Shown here: positions 8,492 to 18,422 of the stretch, one piece after another
Numbering within the stretch: position 1 is the stretch's first letter
How the letters are laid out: each line of letters begins with the position of its first letter
IMG/VR virus record: IMGVR_UViG_3300029106_000003
Coordinates: 1,317 to 65,316 of that record
DNA: 64,000 nt
From: a virus
Direction: 5' to 3' (one strand)
The notes under the pieces: generated by a model
The model's database searches: none
Told to the model about the DNA's origin: nothing
The model's input: only the letters and a program-made list of their open reading frames with translations
Made by a program: the position numbers and the translations under genes

Positions 8492-8714
8492 CGGATAATG
8501 CGTTGAACATTTTTTCCACCAGAGCTTTCGTTTCCTCGACCGTGGAGGTCATGGAATAGACATTCATGTTAAAACTGCCTTGCCCGACAGTGACATGGCC
8601 TTTTTCCACACCGTTTTCCACAATTCGGTAATTGACCGCTTGCAGGGTTTCCACAGTCTCTTTTCCGTTGAACGAACGGCTGATGTTTTCGCTGATTTTT
8701 ACTAACTCAATCAT
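8475..8714 (-). CDS. Hypothetical structural-module protein
   Basis: ORF track; ATG verified; no motif recognised. Confidence 0.55.
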   Translation of the reverse strand: MIELVKISENISRSFNGKETVETLQAVNYRIVENGVEKGHVTVGQGSFNMNVYSMTSTVEETKALVEKMFNALSDGSDE

Positions 8715-8732
8715 AATGTTTTGTATTTATGG

Positions 8733-10004
8733 TTAACTGATAATCCCGCTGTCGGGAATGTCGAATGTCACGTTTTTGGATAGTGAGTCGAGTTGGACGC
8801 CGGCCTCGCCCGACGAGGAGACCCCATACACGGAACAGGTCAGGTAATAGGTATGGGCTCCCGGTGGAAGGTCCGGATGTATCGTCCCCAAAGGGATATT
8901 CAAAATGAGAATCCCTGCTCCCTTGTATTCGTAATCATATATCGCGAGGAATCCGGACCCCGAAATGCGGAAGGTGTATTTCTCACCCACCGGAGGATTT
9001 CCGTTCGGAAAACTGATACGCACCTGAAAGTAACTCGAAAGAAAAGTGAAATCCACGATTTTAATCGGGGTATATGTGCTGTTTATCTCGGCTGTCATGG
9101 CTATCGATGTGGGTATGGGGAAATAATCCGCCACGGTGATCTGTTTGTCGACCCCTGTCCAGTATTCGAACGACTTCTTATCGATAAGGAACAATGTCAC
9201 CTTCAAATTCGTCCCTATCGAATCCTCCCCCGGAAATGTGTCGCTCTGTCCGACAGGAAGTATCGGCGGAGTAGTACCGTCACTGAAAAACTTGACCTTG
9301 AAAGCGGAGTACCACACATTGCCCACCCGCAAGGTGGTTACGGTATTTGTCGAGGTATTTGTCAGCAATCGGGCAAAACTGCTTCCATTTCCATCGGTTG
9401 CCAAAATAGCCGGGTAATAATCGCCGATACTCTTGTCGGAGGCCAGCGACAGCCACGACTCGACGGGTACGCCGGTAGGATTCACCGAAGTGTCGTAATA
9501 GTTAATATCGACAAAAAGATACGGCACGTCCGCACTGATTTCGTCAATTTTACTTCCGGTAAGATTAGGTTCCGCATTGTGGTCGTAGCCGTCGAAATCG
9601 CTCAGGCGGCAAAAATCCGTCCCCGAGTGAGGATAGGCGACATAATCGAAAGAGGTATCATGGATAGCGACGATATTCGTGCCGTGCGGTATCGTAGCTT
9701 TCAAGCCATAGCGTATGCCTTGATTCTTATCCGTTTCGCTTCCTTCCCATTGATTGATGTATGTCGTGACCCCGCCGGATTGCTGAGGATAGTTGTCGGA
9801 TAGCGGTGCAGCCTGCGGATAGCGCACGGGTTTATGACGACTCCATTTGTTGATACGTCCCGGACGGCCACCCTGCAACAGGGGACGTTCGAGGGCAACG
9901 ATGTCGGCCACGTCCCATACCCCGTTTGCCGGGTATATTCCCAGCAGATTATACGGGTCGGTTATCGCTACCGGGGCTACGATCTTGTTTTTATCGATGG
10001 CCAT
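8733..10004 (-). CDS. Hypothetical tail-tip/fibre-associated protein
   Basis: 423 aa directly downstream of the Tal-like gene; beta-rich; no motif recognised. Confidence 0.6.
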   Translation of the reverse strand: MAIDKNKIVAPVAITDPYNLLGIYPANGVWDVADIVALERPLLQGGRPGRINKWSRHKPVRYPQAAPLSDNYPQQSGGVTTYINQWEGSETDKNQGIRYGLKATIPHGTNIVAIHDTSFDYVAYPHSGTDFCRLSDFDGYDHNAEPNLTGSKIDEISADVPYLFVDINYYDTSVNPTGVPVESWLSLASDKSIGDYYPAILATDGNGSSFARLLTNTSTNTVTTLRVGNVWYSAFKVKFFSDGTTPPILPVGQSDTFPGEDSIGTNLKVTLFLIDKKSFEYWTGVDKQITVADYFPIPTSIAMTAEINSTYTPIKIVDFTFLSSYFQVRISFPNGNPPVGEKYTFRISGSGFLAIYDYEYKGAGILILNIPLGTIHPDLPPGAHTYYLTCSVYGVSSSGEAGVQLDSLSKNVTFDIPDSGIIS

Positions 10005-10008
10005 AGGC

Positions 10009-13000
10009 TCACTTTCCTCCTTTCCCTTTTAATTCGGACAATTCTTTTTTCAATCGTTCTATATCTTCCATAAGGGCTTTAACCAGACGGGCGGTCTCCT
10101 GCGTTGCCCCGGCTATGGTGTTGATATAGTCGGGCGACAGGTAGTTCAGAGCCCCGTAACCGTCCCCCGTTTCGTAGGCCATCGATGGCAATACCTCTTT
10201 CACCTTTTGGTACAACAGCCCCGTATGGGCTTCCCCGTCCACACCGCCCTTGTTACGCTTCCGTGCTTTTTCGGTGTATCGGAAATCGCATACCCTGCCC
10301 ATCGCCAAGAGGCGGTCGGTATAACTTCGGGTATAGTCGAAATCTCGCTTCAAACGCATGTCCGAAGTCGTTAGAGCGGTGACCGAGCCTTGTGCCGAGA
10401 TATTGCCTTGCGACGATATATCCCCTCCGGCCGTGATGTTACCGTCCGATGTGATATACCCGTTCGATCTGAGATAGTTTGTGGCCAATATTCCGCCATT
10501 ATAGATAGTAACCCTCTTGCTACCGGTTTCCGCCACGACTCCTGAACAGTAAATTCTTTCAACCCCATTTATATCTCCGCTCATGGAAATGCTGCCTACA
10601 TCTGTCAGATTACCCGAAACGTCACCCGTACCGTCAAACGGATTTCCCCAAATCGTCCGGATATTTTTAAGCCTGTCGGCGGCGATGGAATCGTTATCCG
10701 TCAAGGCGACAGACGGGGTCACCACGGTCAGCTTGCTCACGCCGACTGCCGGCATGGGAGACAACGATATACTATCCACACAGTTCTCGCAAGTCCCGTT
10801 CAAAGCCCCGTATGTGTTATAGACGAATATGGAGCAGGTCTGGTAATCCGTCTTGGCCGAAACCCAAAAACACACGCGTCCCCCGTACAAGAACACCTTC
10901 ACGTCACCCAAATCGTCACCGAAATGCGTACCGGCCGTAGCCGTAAACTCGACATCGTTCGGGGCATAATTATACGCCTGTACGATCGTATTGATAATTC
11001 GTCGGCTATAATATCCATTTCCGATCAGATGCAACGTCAACATAGCCGCCTCGGCCTCTTCGACTTTCGTGCGAATCAACCACCCGTTTCCGGTGGCTGT
11101 CTCATACATGCCGCCCCTCTTATACAGGAAAGCCCCGTTGTCAAGTCCGTTCAACTTTTTCGCATTGTCCGATTCGACCGCACGTCCGACTGTCAGCCCC
11201 GTATATGTACCGCTCACGTTGTTTATCTCGGCCAGCGAATAGGTAGGCTTGTTCGGCTGCTGCACCCAATCGTACAGGGTTATGCCTTTGGTGACAACGA
11301 TATTACCACCCGTTTTGCTGATCGCCGTCACCACATTGCCTGTACCTATCGTAGATGCGCCGGCGTTGGCGAGTTTCCAAATCTCGTTGATGGTGTAGGC
11401 GTTGAAGGTATCGGTAAGGGTGGCGTTGTCGAATGCGCCGCCCAGATCGTCGAACCCATACACGAGCTTGATGAGCCCTCCTTCACCACCGCCACCCCCT
11501 TCCCCACGCCATACACCAAGAGCGGATATTCCACCCTGTGAATACACATTAAATTTCGAGTATATCGTATTTTCCAACTCTGTGTCGAATTTCCACATAT
11601 CGTTAATACGGGCAAATCCTTCCTGCATTTGTTTTACAGTCCGTTGATACGATTGTTGCAGGGAAGCCGTCATATCATTGATGGCAGAAATCAAGTCGAT
11701 ATTCTTATTGGCAGATGCAACCTCTTCTTTCAGTTCTTGCGTATTCCCTTTTATTAGGTTGTTCCCGATGGTAATAGTCTGTTCGAAAGGATAGTCGAGT
11801 TTGGTTGTAAGGCTTATAACACGAGTAACATATGAATATCCTGCGTTTATGTATTCGACTTTTCTTCCTATGGATAAATCAGGATTGTTTTCATCGAACA
11901 CCACAGGATTAGATGAAAACTGGTAGTTGTTTTGGTCGGAAGAAAGCCGTTCTATTTCTTCGTTCATAGCTGTTTCCAGCCGTATGTACGCCGAATCTGT
12001 ATATTCTTCCGGCATTTTGACGTTGAATAGGATAATATCGTCATTTTCCGACGGTATAAGTCCCGTAATAGCAGGGATAATATAGTTACCTTCTTCCTCT
12101 TTATATTTAATCTCGAAATCTCCTTTTTTGACTTCGAAGCTTATGCCATCATCACTCGTTATTGTTTTACTCTCATCATGGTATATAAGCTCAAATTCCA
12201 TACCTTGCAAAGCCCCCGATTGGAAATGTACCGAAGGTTCCTTATTTGGTATACGCATACCATTCGGATTTTTTTCTTCGTCATAAGGGGAATTGTCGAA
12301 GTTAAATTCCGGTATTTGAAAATACCATATCGCATATTGGTCGTATATAGGGTCTCCATTTTCATCTGTGCCTATCTGTATTTTATCATTCGTTTCCGAG
12401 TCTATACGCCACATAAGGCGGAATCTGACATCTGATATGGAGAGTTCCGATGAAGGGTATATATCATCGAACAGGAGGATTTTGCTAAATATCTCTCCCT
12501 GTTGAAGGTTTGGCCTTATATCTTTATATCCGTTCGGATATTTTTTAGGGTCAAGAGTCAGCCGTTTGTTGACCAAATTGTTGACATTAGCACCTTTGTA
12601 TTCCTGTACGATGTTTCGAGTTGACCCGAATGCGTAAAATCGGGTATAATACCCATCTTTTCCCTCCGTGACCGAAGGTGTATTGATGTTTTCACCAACT
12701 TCGAGAGAAACAACAGCTCCATGTTCGGATTTCGACAGATGAATAATCATGGAATCTTTCTCAACCCACCATTCTGTATCAAACGCAGATGCTATACTGT
12801 TCAAGGCAGACAATATGTCGATTGATTGGAAAGACAAAGAAGTGGAAGCGTTAAGAGAAGAATCTACGGCGTAAGTCCATGTATCTCCGGTTTCGTTCTC
12901 GATAGCCTTGCAAATAACACTCATGAAATTGGCCGGGTTATCGGTAAGAGACCAATCCGGCTCCCGATTCGTTATCTCGTTATTCTCATCGTAAGAATAC

Positions 13001-13302
13001 ATGAAAAAAGGCACTTTACCCCATGATATAAATTTCGAATGAAATTGTGGTTTGTATTGAAATTCGACCTCGTTCTTTTGTTTTGGATTATATGGCTCCA
13101 AAAGAGAATATTTCTCACCATCGAGTATAATATAAGCCCCTACCGGAATCTCTTCATTTTGGTCCGAGTTCCACGACAATTCTACATAATCGGATTTCAT
13201 CAATTCCTCTACATGAACACACTCTTCTGTTATAGGAACTGATAAAATAGTCTCTCCTTGTATGTTTTTAATGTCTATCATGATGGTTTCGTATATCTTC
13301 AT
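10009..13302 (-). CDS. Tail-tip (Tal-like) protein fused to a fibre with a C-terminal peptidase-S74 intramolecular chaperone domain
   Basis: N-terminus resembles the phage minor-structural/prophage tail endopeptidase N-region. Gly run (GGGGGEGG) mid-protein. C-terminus ...TSDMRLKRDF...GLLYQKVKEVLP...ALNYLS... is the S74 auto-cleaving chaperone pattern, followed by a coiled-coil. Confidence 0.75.
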   Translation of the reverse strand: MKIYETIMIDIKNIQGETILSVPITEECVHVEELMKSDYVELSWNSDQNEEIPVGAYIILDGEKYSLLEPYNPKQKNEVEFQYKPQFHSKFISWGKVPFFMYSYDENNEITNREPDWSLTDNPANFMSVICKAIENETGDTWTYAVDSSLNASTSLSFQSIDILSALNSIASAFDTEWWVEKDSMIIHLSKSEHGAVVSLEVGENINTPSVTEGKDGYYTRFYAFGSTRNIVQEYKGANVNNLVNKRLTLDPKKYPNGYKDIRPNLQQGEIFSKILLFDDIYPSSELSISDVRFRLMWRIDSETNDKIQIGTDENGDPIYDQYAIWYFQIPEFNFDNSPYDEEKNPNGMRIPNKEPSVHFQSGALQGMEFELIYHDESKTITSDDGISFEVKKGDFEIKYKEEEGNYIIPAITGLIPSENDDIILFNVKMPEEYTDSAYIRLETAMNEEIERLSSDQNNYQFSSNPVVFDENNPDLSIGRKVEYINAGYSYVTRVISLTTKLDYPFEQTITIGNNLIKGNTQELKEEVASANKNIDLISAINDMTASLQQSYQRTVKQMQEGFARINDMWKFDTELENTIYSKFNVYSQGGISALGVWRGEGGGGGEGGLIKLVYGFDDLGGAFDNATLTDTFNAYTINEIWKLANAGASTIGTGNVVTAISKTGGNIVVTKGITLYDWVQQPNKPTYSLAEINNVSGTYTGLTVGRAVESDNAKKLNGLDNGAFLYKRGGMYETATGNGWLIRTKVEEAEAAMLTLHLIGNGYYSRRIINTIVQAYNYAPNDVEFTATAGTHFGDDLGDVKVFLYGGRVCFWVSAKTDYQTCSIFVYNTYGALNGTCENCVDSISLSPMPAVGVSKLTVVTPSVALTDNDSIAADRLKNIRTIWGNPFDGTGDVSGNLTDVGSISMSGDINGVERIYCSGVVAETGSKRVTIYNGGILATNYLRSNGYITSDGNITAGGDISSQGNISAQGSVTALTTSDMRLKRDFDYTRSYTDRLLAMGRVCDFRYTEKARKRNKGGVDGEAHTGLLYQKVKEVLPSMAYETGDGYGALNYLSPDYINTIAGATQETARLVKALMEDIERLKKELSELKGKGGK

Positions 13303-13313
13303 ACGATTTCAGT

Positions 13314-13349
13314 CAAAGATAATAAAAGTGTATGAAAAACATGCACTTT
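13314..13349 (-). promoter_or_regulatory. Late-type promoter P1: 27-bp palindrome plus -7 box
   Basis: Minus strand AAAAGTGCATGTTTTTCATACACTTTT, 1 nt, then TATCTTTG; ATG of the Tal gene is 11 nt further. Confidence 0.55.
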
Positions 13350-13351
13350 TT

Positions 13352-13771
13352 TTATGAATTTCTATCTGCTGGATTATATTCGACAAGTTTTAGAGAAAAT
13401 CGTGCTATTCCTCTCATGAATTGCGTAAATTGATTGCATGAAATATAGATTGTTTTGTAAGTAATATTTGGTTGATACTTTGTTTTTATATTTATTATGC
13501 CTGTTGCCAATTCTTCACAAAAGCTGTTGTATCTTGAAAAGAATTCTTCTTCCGTTTTTGCCGTCAGGTTAAAAGTTAAAGTGATATTTCGTTCATCGAT
13601 TTTAGGATTAGAGGACAGGACTCGTTTGCCATGTTCTAATCGAGACTTGTTTTCGATGAACTCTTTTAAAGGTGACGGTGTCATTAAGGAGGAAAGAGAT
13701 GATGTATCCATACTTATACCCCAAGTTGTATAGCAGTCTTTCCCATTTATGTAAAACTCTCCCGATGCCAT
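13352..13771 (-). CDS. Distal tail protein (Dit)-like
   Basis: 139 aa, FYINGKDCYTTWGI... N-terminal pattern and position just upstream of Tal. Confidence 0.5.
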   Translation of the reverse strand: MASGEFYINGKDCYTTWGISMDTSSLSSLMTPSPLKEFIENKSRLEHGKRVLSSNPKIDERNITLTFNLTAKTEEEFFSRYNSFCEELATGIINIKTKYQPNITYKTIYISCNQFTQFMRGIARFSLKLVEYNPADRNS

Positions 13772-13772
13772 T

Positions 13773-14198
13773 TTATTTAAGTATAACTGAAGTTTTGTCT
13801 TTATTGATTTCTACAGGACAATTTCGTATGTTTATAAGTCTAATAACTGCGTAATTACGGGCAACTATTATAGCTCTGGCTCCATGCATGAGTATAACTT
13901 TGTGAACTCTAGTATTATCGTCAAATACTAGTTCCGCATTGGTATTGCCTATTAAAGCAATATTGGTATCATTACTTCTTTTTACATTTTTAGTGTCAAC
14001 AAACACGCAATAATTAGCAATATCATTACTCATCTCACGGAACGTTTCAATAGGAGGGAAGTTGTTCTTCTCACAAAACTCTATGCCTTGTGGTGTAAAG
14101 AACAACCATACTAGAGTTTTCCAGTCACTAACACCATAAGACTTATCGCAAGCTCCTTTTTGTAAAGCAGCCATCATTATTTCTTTTACTGTATTCAT
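13773..14198 (-). CDS. Hypothetical tail-module protein
   Basis: ORF track; between tape measure and Dit-like gene. Confidence 0.6.
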   Translation of the reverse strand: MNTVKEIMMAALQKGACDKSYGVSDWKTLVWLFFTPQGIEFCEKNNFPPIETFREMSNDIANYCVFVDTKNVKRSNDTNIALIGNTNAELVFDDNTRVHKVILMHGARAIIVARNYAVIRLINIRNCPVEINKDKTSVILK

Positions 14199-14200
14199 AT

Positions 14201-17200
14201 CTATAAATCTTTAGTATTCCTATTGACTTGTGCTATATCGGATTTTATATCAATTAATAATTTCGTATATTTTGCAATGTCTTCTAAGTAGCTATTCGTA
14301 ATCACATGTTGATTAAGAATGTTATTTAGTATAGAATTGCTATTAGTTGATACAGATAAAAGAGAATTTAGAGAGATTACGGCTGAAATCATTTGATTTT
14401 TGATTTCTTCACCAGAAAGCTGCAACGCTGTAAACCGGCCGTTTAATTCCGTTGCTGTATCTTGTGACATGGTTTCAAAACCTCCGGCTTTCGACTTTTG
14501 TTCGGTGGTAGAACTTTCTCCCATGAGACTATCAGCCCAACCGAATTGAGCATCTATTTCTTGTTGAAGCTGTTCAGCCATGTTGTTGATGTAATCTTGT
14601 TCCCATTGAGAAAGCACGTTGTCGGCATAAAATTGTTGCAACTTAGTGCGTATTTCCTCCATTTTATTTGAGGATTTAATTGCTGCCTTAATGCTCTCTG
14701 TTACCATTTGTTGCATCATCTGCTTTACAACATCTTTTGCAGATTTAGCCCTATTCTCGCCAGAAGCCCATGCATCTGCATAAGCTTCTGCAAAGTTGTC
14801 AATAGCACTTTTTAGGTCTTCACCAAATATGACATTGATAGCTTTTTCTTTGTTATCAGAAATGAGATTGTTTATTTCGTCAATTTGATTTTCCCATTCT
14901 TTTATTCTGTCGCTATCTGTATTCTTTTTATCTTGTTCTTCTTTAATTTGATTTTGAATAAGTACTTTTTGTTGTTCTAGCAATTTATTTTGGTCTTCAA
15001 TCAAGCTGGAAGCACTCTTTCCGTAAGCAGTTTCAATGGACTTGCCTAACTTTTCATACGAACGGTCAAGTGTATCTACCTGATCTTGTAATTTCTGAAT
15101 CCGTTTTTCATTTTTTGCGTCGTGGATTTTTGCGATAGAGGAAGCAAGAGAGGAGACAAGACCGATGGCAGCACCAGCAGCAGAACCTATCGGTCCAAAT
15201 ATAGCACCTGCCTCTGCTCCTTGCATAGCTGAATTGAGGCCGTCCATAGCCACATTGATACCTTCGGCAATGCCTGACAGTGTATCAGATCCGAAAGCCT
15301 CTCCGAGATTTGAAAATGTGTCGGAAAGGAATTTGGCCACACTTAATACCTCACTCAATCCACTTCTTATTTCTTCAAGTCCATCTTGCAATTTTTTTGT
15401 ATTTGAACCGGCATCGAATACTTTTTTAAGACCATTAGCTAGTTTGTTAAACCCCGTTTCAGATTGATCTGCGGAATTACGGACATTATCTATACCTTTT
15501 CTAATTCGTTCTAATTCTTCGGGAGATTTACGCAATGTGTCGAAGGTCTCTTTTGTCATACCAAATTCAAGACCTTTGTTTTCGTCCCATTCGCCTGATT
15601 GCAAGAATTGGAATGCCCGTTCAGCTTCATTAGCAATGAGACGCATATCTGCAACTGTGTGTTGACGCATATCGTCAAACAATTTACTTATGGCAGACGT
15701 AGATTTATTCGCCTCTATATCCAAATCAGATAGTGCCCTTTTTGTTTCTTCGTCAATAGACTTCTGTTCCCATTCGTTTTTGCCTACCTTACGAGATTCG
15801 CCTTGCTCAATAATAGCATTACGCTTTTCATAATAGTTCCCGTAAGCGGCAAGATAATCGTTCATTGCGTTAATTTCATCATCGAGAATTTCTTTGGTCT
15901 GTTTATTCTTATTCTTTTCATTTAACCTATTTGCGGTATCAATATTTTCCTGTTGTTCAGTTGTTAGTCCATTCTCATTAAGCTTGGAGGGTTCAATCTT
16001 AGCTACTTTGTTTAACTCGGCCAGCTCTTTCTCTTTCTTTTTAATTTCTTTTTTCTGTTCTTCATAATAGTAGTTAATTTGCTTCAATTTCTTATCTTTA
16101 CCTTCTTCCCAGAGGGAGATTTCTTTCTCTTGATTTTTTTTACGAAGCTCAAGAAGTTCATCAACAAGTTTCTGCTCGGCCTCTTTTTGCTCTTTTGCTT
16201 GCTTATCTTCAGCCGCTTTATCAGATTTGGTTTTAGGCAGCTTTGCACGGAGTGCGTCAATTCGTGATTGTAACGCATTGTATTCCTTGCTTCCGCTTAC
16301 AGTTTCTCCCTGCTCTTTCTCTAATTTTGAGATTTGTGTTTTGACTTCATTGATTACTCTCAAATCTTTCTCACGTTCAAGTATAGTGTCTTGAAGCGAC
16401 TTGATATAAGCCTCTTGTTGATCCACTGCTTCTTTTGTTCCGCTGCCGTCTGCAAGGGCCTTTTTTAATGATGCAAGTGAGGTTTCAGCCTTCTTGATTT
16501 CTTCTTCAAGTTGGGAGATGGATTTACCTTCTGTTGTAAAAATATTTTCAGTAGGTGAATCAAATGAGGGTTCGGGAATGAAATATTTGTTTCTGTATTC
16601 TTCTAAATTTTTATTTCTTATTTCAGCTTGTCGCCTTATTTCAAATAGAAGTGTATTTGCACTTTCTCCCCATCCAGTAGATACATCATTAAAAATCCTT
16701 TGAATTTCTGTCGGTATATCTCGACCGCTATCCAGCCAGTTTAACCAATTTCGGTAGACTTTTAATCCAGACTCATCTCCATATTTTTTTGTAAATGCAT
16801 CATATACTTTTGTTAAGTTTTTTTCTCTGACGCTATTGTATATATCTTCTTCTTGTTTGGCAAAATTGGTATAATTTTGTGCGGCCATAGATTTACGTAT
16901 GGCTTTTTCTAATTTTTCATATTGTCCAGCAAGAGACCCTGTTTTATCAATTTCTTCATCAATGCCAGAAAGATACTTTGAATAGCCATTTACTATTTTT
17001 TCTTTTATAGCATACCATTCGTCAGACCATTTTTTAGCCTCCGTAAGTTGCCTATTAAGTTCCCTTAATGTGGACATTTCATTTAATGCAGCCACTTCGG
17101 TTTTACCAAATTCATCGTTCAGCCTTTCCTGTGCCTTTTCTGCTTCTGTTTGATAAGTGACTAATTTATAAATACCTAAACCTAGTGCTGTTACTGCCGC

Positions 17201-18232
17201 TGCTACTGCGACATATGGGTTGGCAAGTAAAGTCTTGTTGAGTAGGGATTGAGCTTTTTGTGTAAGCACCAGCCAACTATAATGTATTGCCTCTTTAGCT
17301 GTCAATGCAGTAATACCAGCAGCTTGAAGGTTATGTAATGCAGTAATAGCCATAAGCGCAGTTCTGTATGCTCCGTATGTACCGACCAATTCAATTAGTA
17401 TTTTTCCTACTTTTTCATAGTTTTCTATCAAATAAGAGACGCTGGATAATGCATCATTGATAATACCTTCATTCGCTTTGCCGATCTCGTTCAACATCAT
17501 CGAGAAACTATCTCCTATGTTAGAAATCTGTCCGGTAATGGTTTTGCTTTGTTCTTGCATTAAGTTAAAGAACATACCACCCTCGTTGGTAAGGTTCTGT
17601 ATGACTTTCTGAACCTCTGGAAACCCTATCATACCAGCTTCTACCATTCCTTTGATTTCACTTTCAGCTACTCCAAATTCTTTGGCAAGTTCTTTTATCA
17701 TTGGAATACCTCGTCCAGTGAATTGGTTTAGGTCCTGTGTATAAAGTCGACCTTGTGTCATAGTTGTACCATAGAGATATACTAAGTCTCCCAAAGGTTG
17801 TGAAAGTCCGGCTGCAATGTTCCCTAATCGTATAAGAGTCTCGTTAACATCTTCAGCAGAAGTACCGTAAGCCAGTAATTGACGAGCTCCATTGGCAACA
17901 CCTTGTAGATCGAATGGAGTTTTGGCGGCTGTTTCTGTGAGCTGAGCCATAAGGACGTTTGCCTTTTCACTACTTCCAAGCATAGTGGTAAAGGCGACCT
18001 CTAATTGTTGAAATTCACCTCTTACTTGTATAATATTTTGGATAAGTTCTTTTGCTGTAAAGCCAGCCCCAAAAGCTGCAGCTGCTTTCGTCATTTTGTT
18101 GAACATATCTTCTATGCCCAATCCATTTTTTTCTATTTCCTTAGAAGTATTGGTTACTCCGGTTTCTACTTCTCGTAGTTTACGAAGAAAATTAGAATTG
18201 TCGCCTGTTATATCAAAATGAAGTCCGGCCAT
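14201..18232 (-). CDS. Tail tape measure protein
   Basis: 1343 aa; N-terminal TP901-type core (TPFDLQGVANGARQLLAYG...TQDLNQFTGRGIPM); long coiled-coil/Lys-Glu-rich middle; hydrophobic Gly/Ala segments. Confidence 0.9.
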   Translation of the reverse strand: MAGLHFDITGDNSNFLRKLREVETGVTNTSKEIEKNGLGIEDMFNKMTKAAAAFGAGFTAKELIQNIIQVRGEFQQLEVAFTTMLGSSEKANVLMAQLTETAAKTPFDLQGVANGARQLLAYGTSAEDVNETLIRLGNIAAGLSQPLGDLVYLYGTTMTQGRLYTQDLNQFTGRGIPMIKELAKEFGVAESEIKGMVEAGMIGFPEVQKVIQNLTNEGGMFFNLMQEQSKTITGQISNIGDSFSMMLNEIGKANEGIINDALSSVSYLIENYEKVGKILIELVGTYGAYRTALMAITALHNLQAAGITALTAKEAIHYSWLVLTQKAQSLLNKTLLANPYVAVAAAVTALGLGIYKLVTYQTEAEKAQERLNDEFGKTEVAALNEMSTLRELNRQLTEAKKWSDEWYAIKEKIVNGYSKYLSGIDEEIDKTGSLAGQYEKLEKAIRKSMAAQNYTNFAKQEEDIYNSVREKNLTKVYDAFTKKYGDESGLKVYRNWLNWLDSGRDIPTEIQRIFNDVSTGWGESANTLLFEIRRQAEIRNKNLEEYRNKYFIPEPSFDSPTENIFTTEGKSISQLEEEIKKAETSLASLKKALADGSGTKEAVDQQEAYIKSLQDTILEREKDLRVINEVKTQISKLEKEQGETVSGSKEYNALQSRIDALRAKLPKTKSDKAAEDKQAKEQKEAEQKLVDELLELRKKNQEKEISLWEEGKDKKLKQINYYYEEQKKEIKKKEKELAELNKVAKIEPSKLNENGLTTEQQENIDTANRLNEKNKNKQTKEILDDEINAMNDYLAAYGNYYEKRNAIIEQGESRKVGKNEWEQKSIDEETKRALSDLDIEANKSTSAISKLFDDMRQHTVADMRLIANEAERAFQFLQSGEWDENKGLEFGMTKETFDTLRKSPEELERIRKGIDNVRNSADQSETGFNKLANGLKKVFDAGSNTKKLQDGLEEIRSGLSEVLSVAKFLSDTFSNLGEAFGSDTLSGIAEGINVAMDGLNSAMQGAEAGAIFGPIGSAAGAAIGLVSSLASSIAKIHDAKNEKRIQKLQDQVDTLDRSYEKLGKSIETAYGKSASSLIEDQNKLLEQQKVLIQNQIKEEQDKKNTDSDRIKEWENQIDEINNLISDNKEKAINVIFGEDLKSAIDNFAEAYADAWASGENRAKSAKDVVKQMMQQMVTESIKAAIKSSNKMEEIRTKLQQFYADNVLSQWEQDYINNMAEQLQQEIDAQFGWADSLMGESSTTEQKSKAGGFETMSQDTATELNGRFTALQLSGEEIKNQMISAVISLNSLLSVSTNSNSILNNILNQHVITNSYLEDIAKYTKLLIDIKSDIAQVNRNTKDL

Positions 18233-18277
18233 GAGTCTTTTCGATTAAAAGGGGTAGATGTAACATCACATCATTTG

Positions 18278-18313
18278 CAAATATACAAAAGTGTATGAAA
18301 TTCATATACTTTT
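18278..18313 (-). promoter_or_regulatory. Late-type promoter P2 (tape-measure block)
   Basis: Minus strand AAAAGTATATGAATTTCATACACTTTT, 1 nt, then TATATTTG; about 45-nt leader to ATG 18232. Confidence 0.6.
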
Positions 18314-18422
18314 GATAAAATAGAATAGAGTTAATAAAGTTTAACTAATGTGTGAGTATAAATATTTTAATAAATGATTATTGTATTATACTTTTGACGA
18401 AACAATCTAAACAGCATAAGAT

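Noticed and set aside
8793-9803. 336-aa plus-strand ORF, and similar long plus-strand ORFs at 10924-11541, 2382-2822, 3036-3566 and 57531-57917
   Set aside because: They lie antisense to well-supported minus-strand genes in GC-rich stretches. Their composition is Arg/Gly/Pro-rich, typical of shadow ORFs, and they have no start context or motifs.
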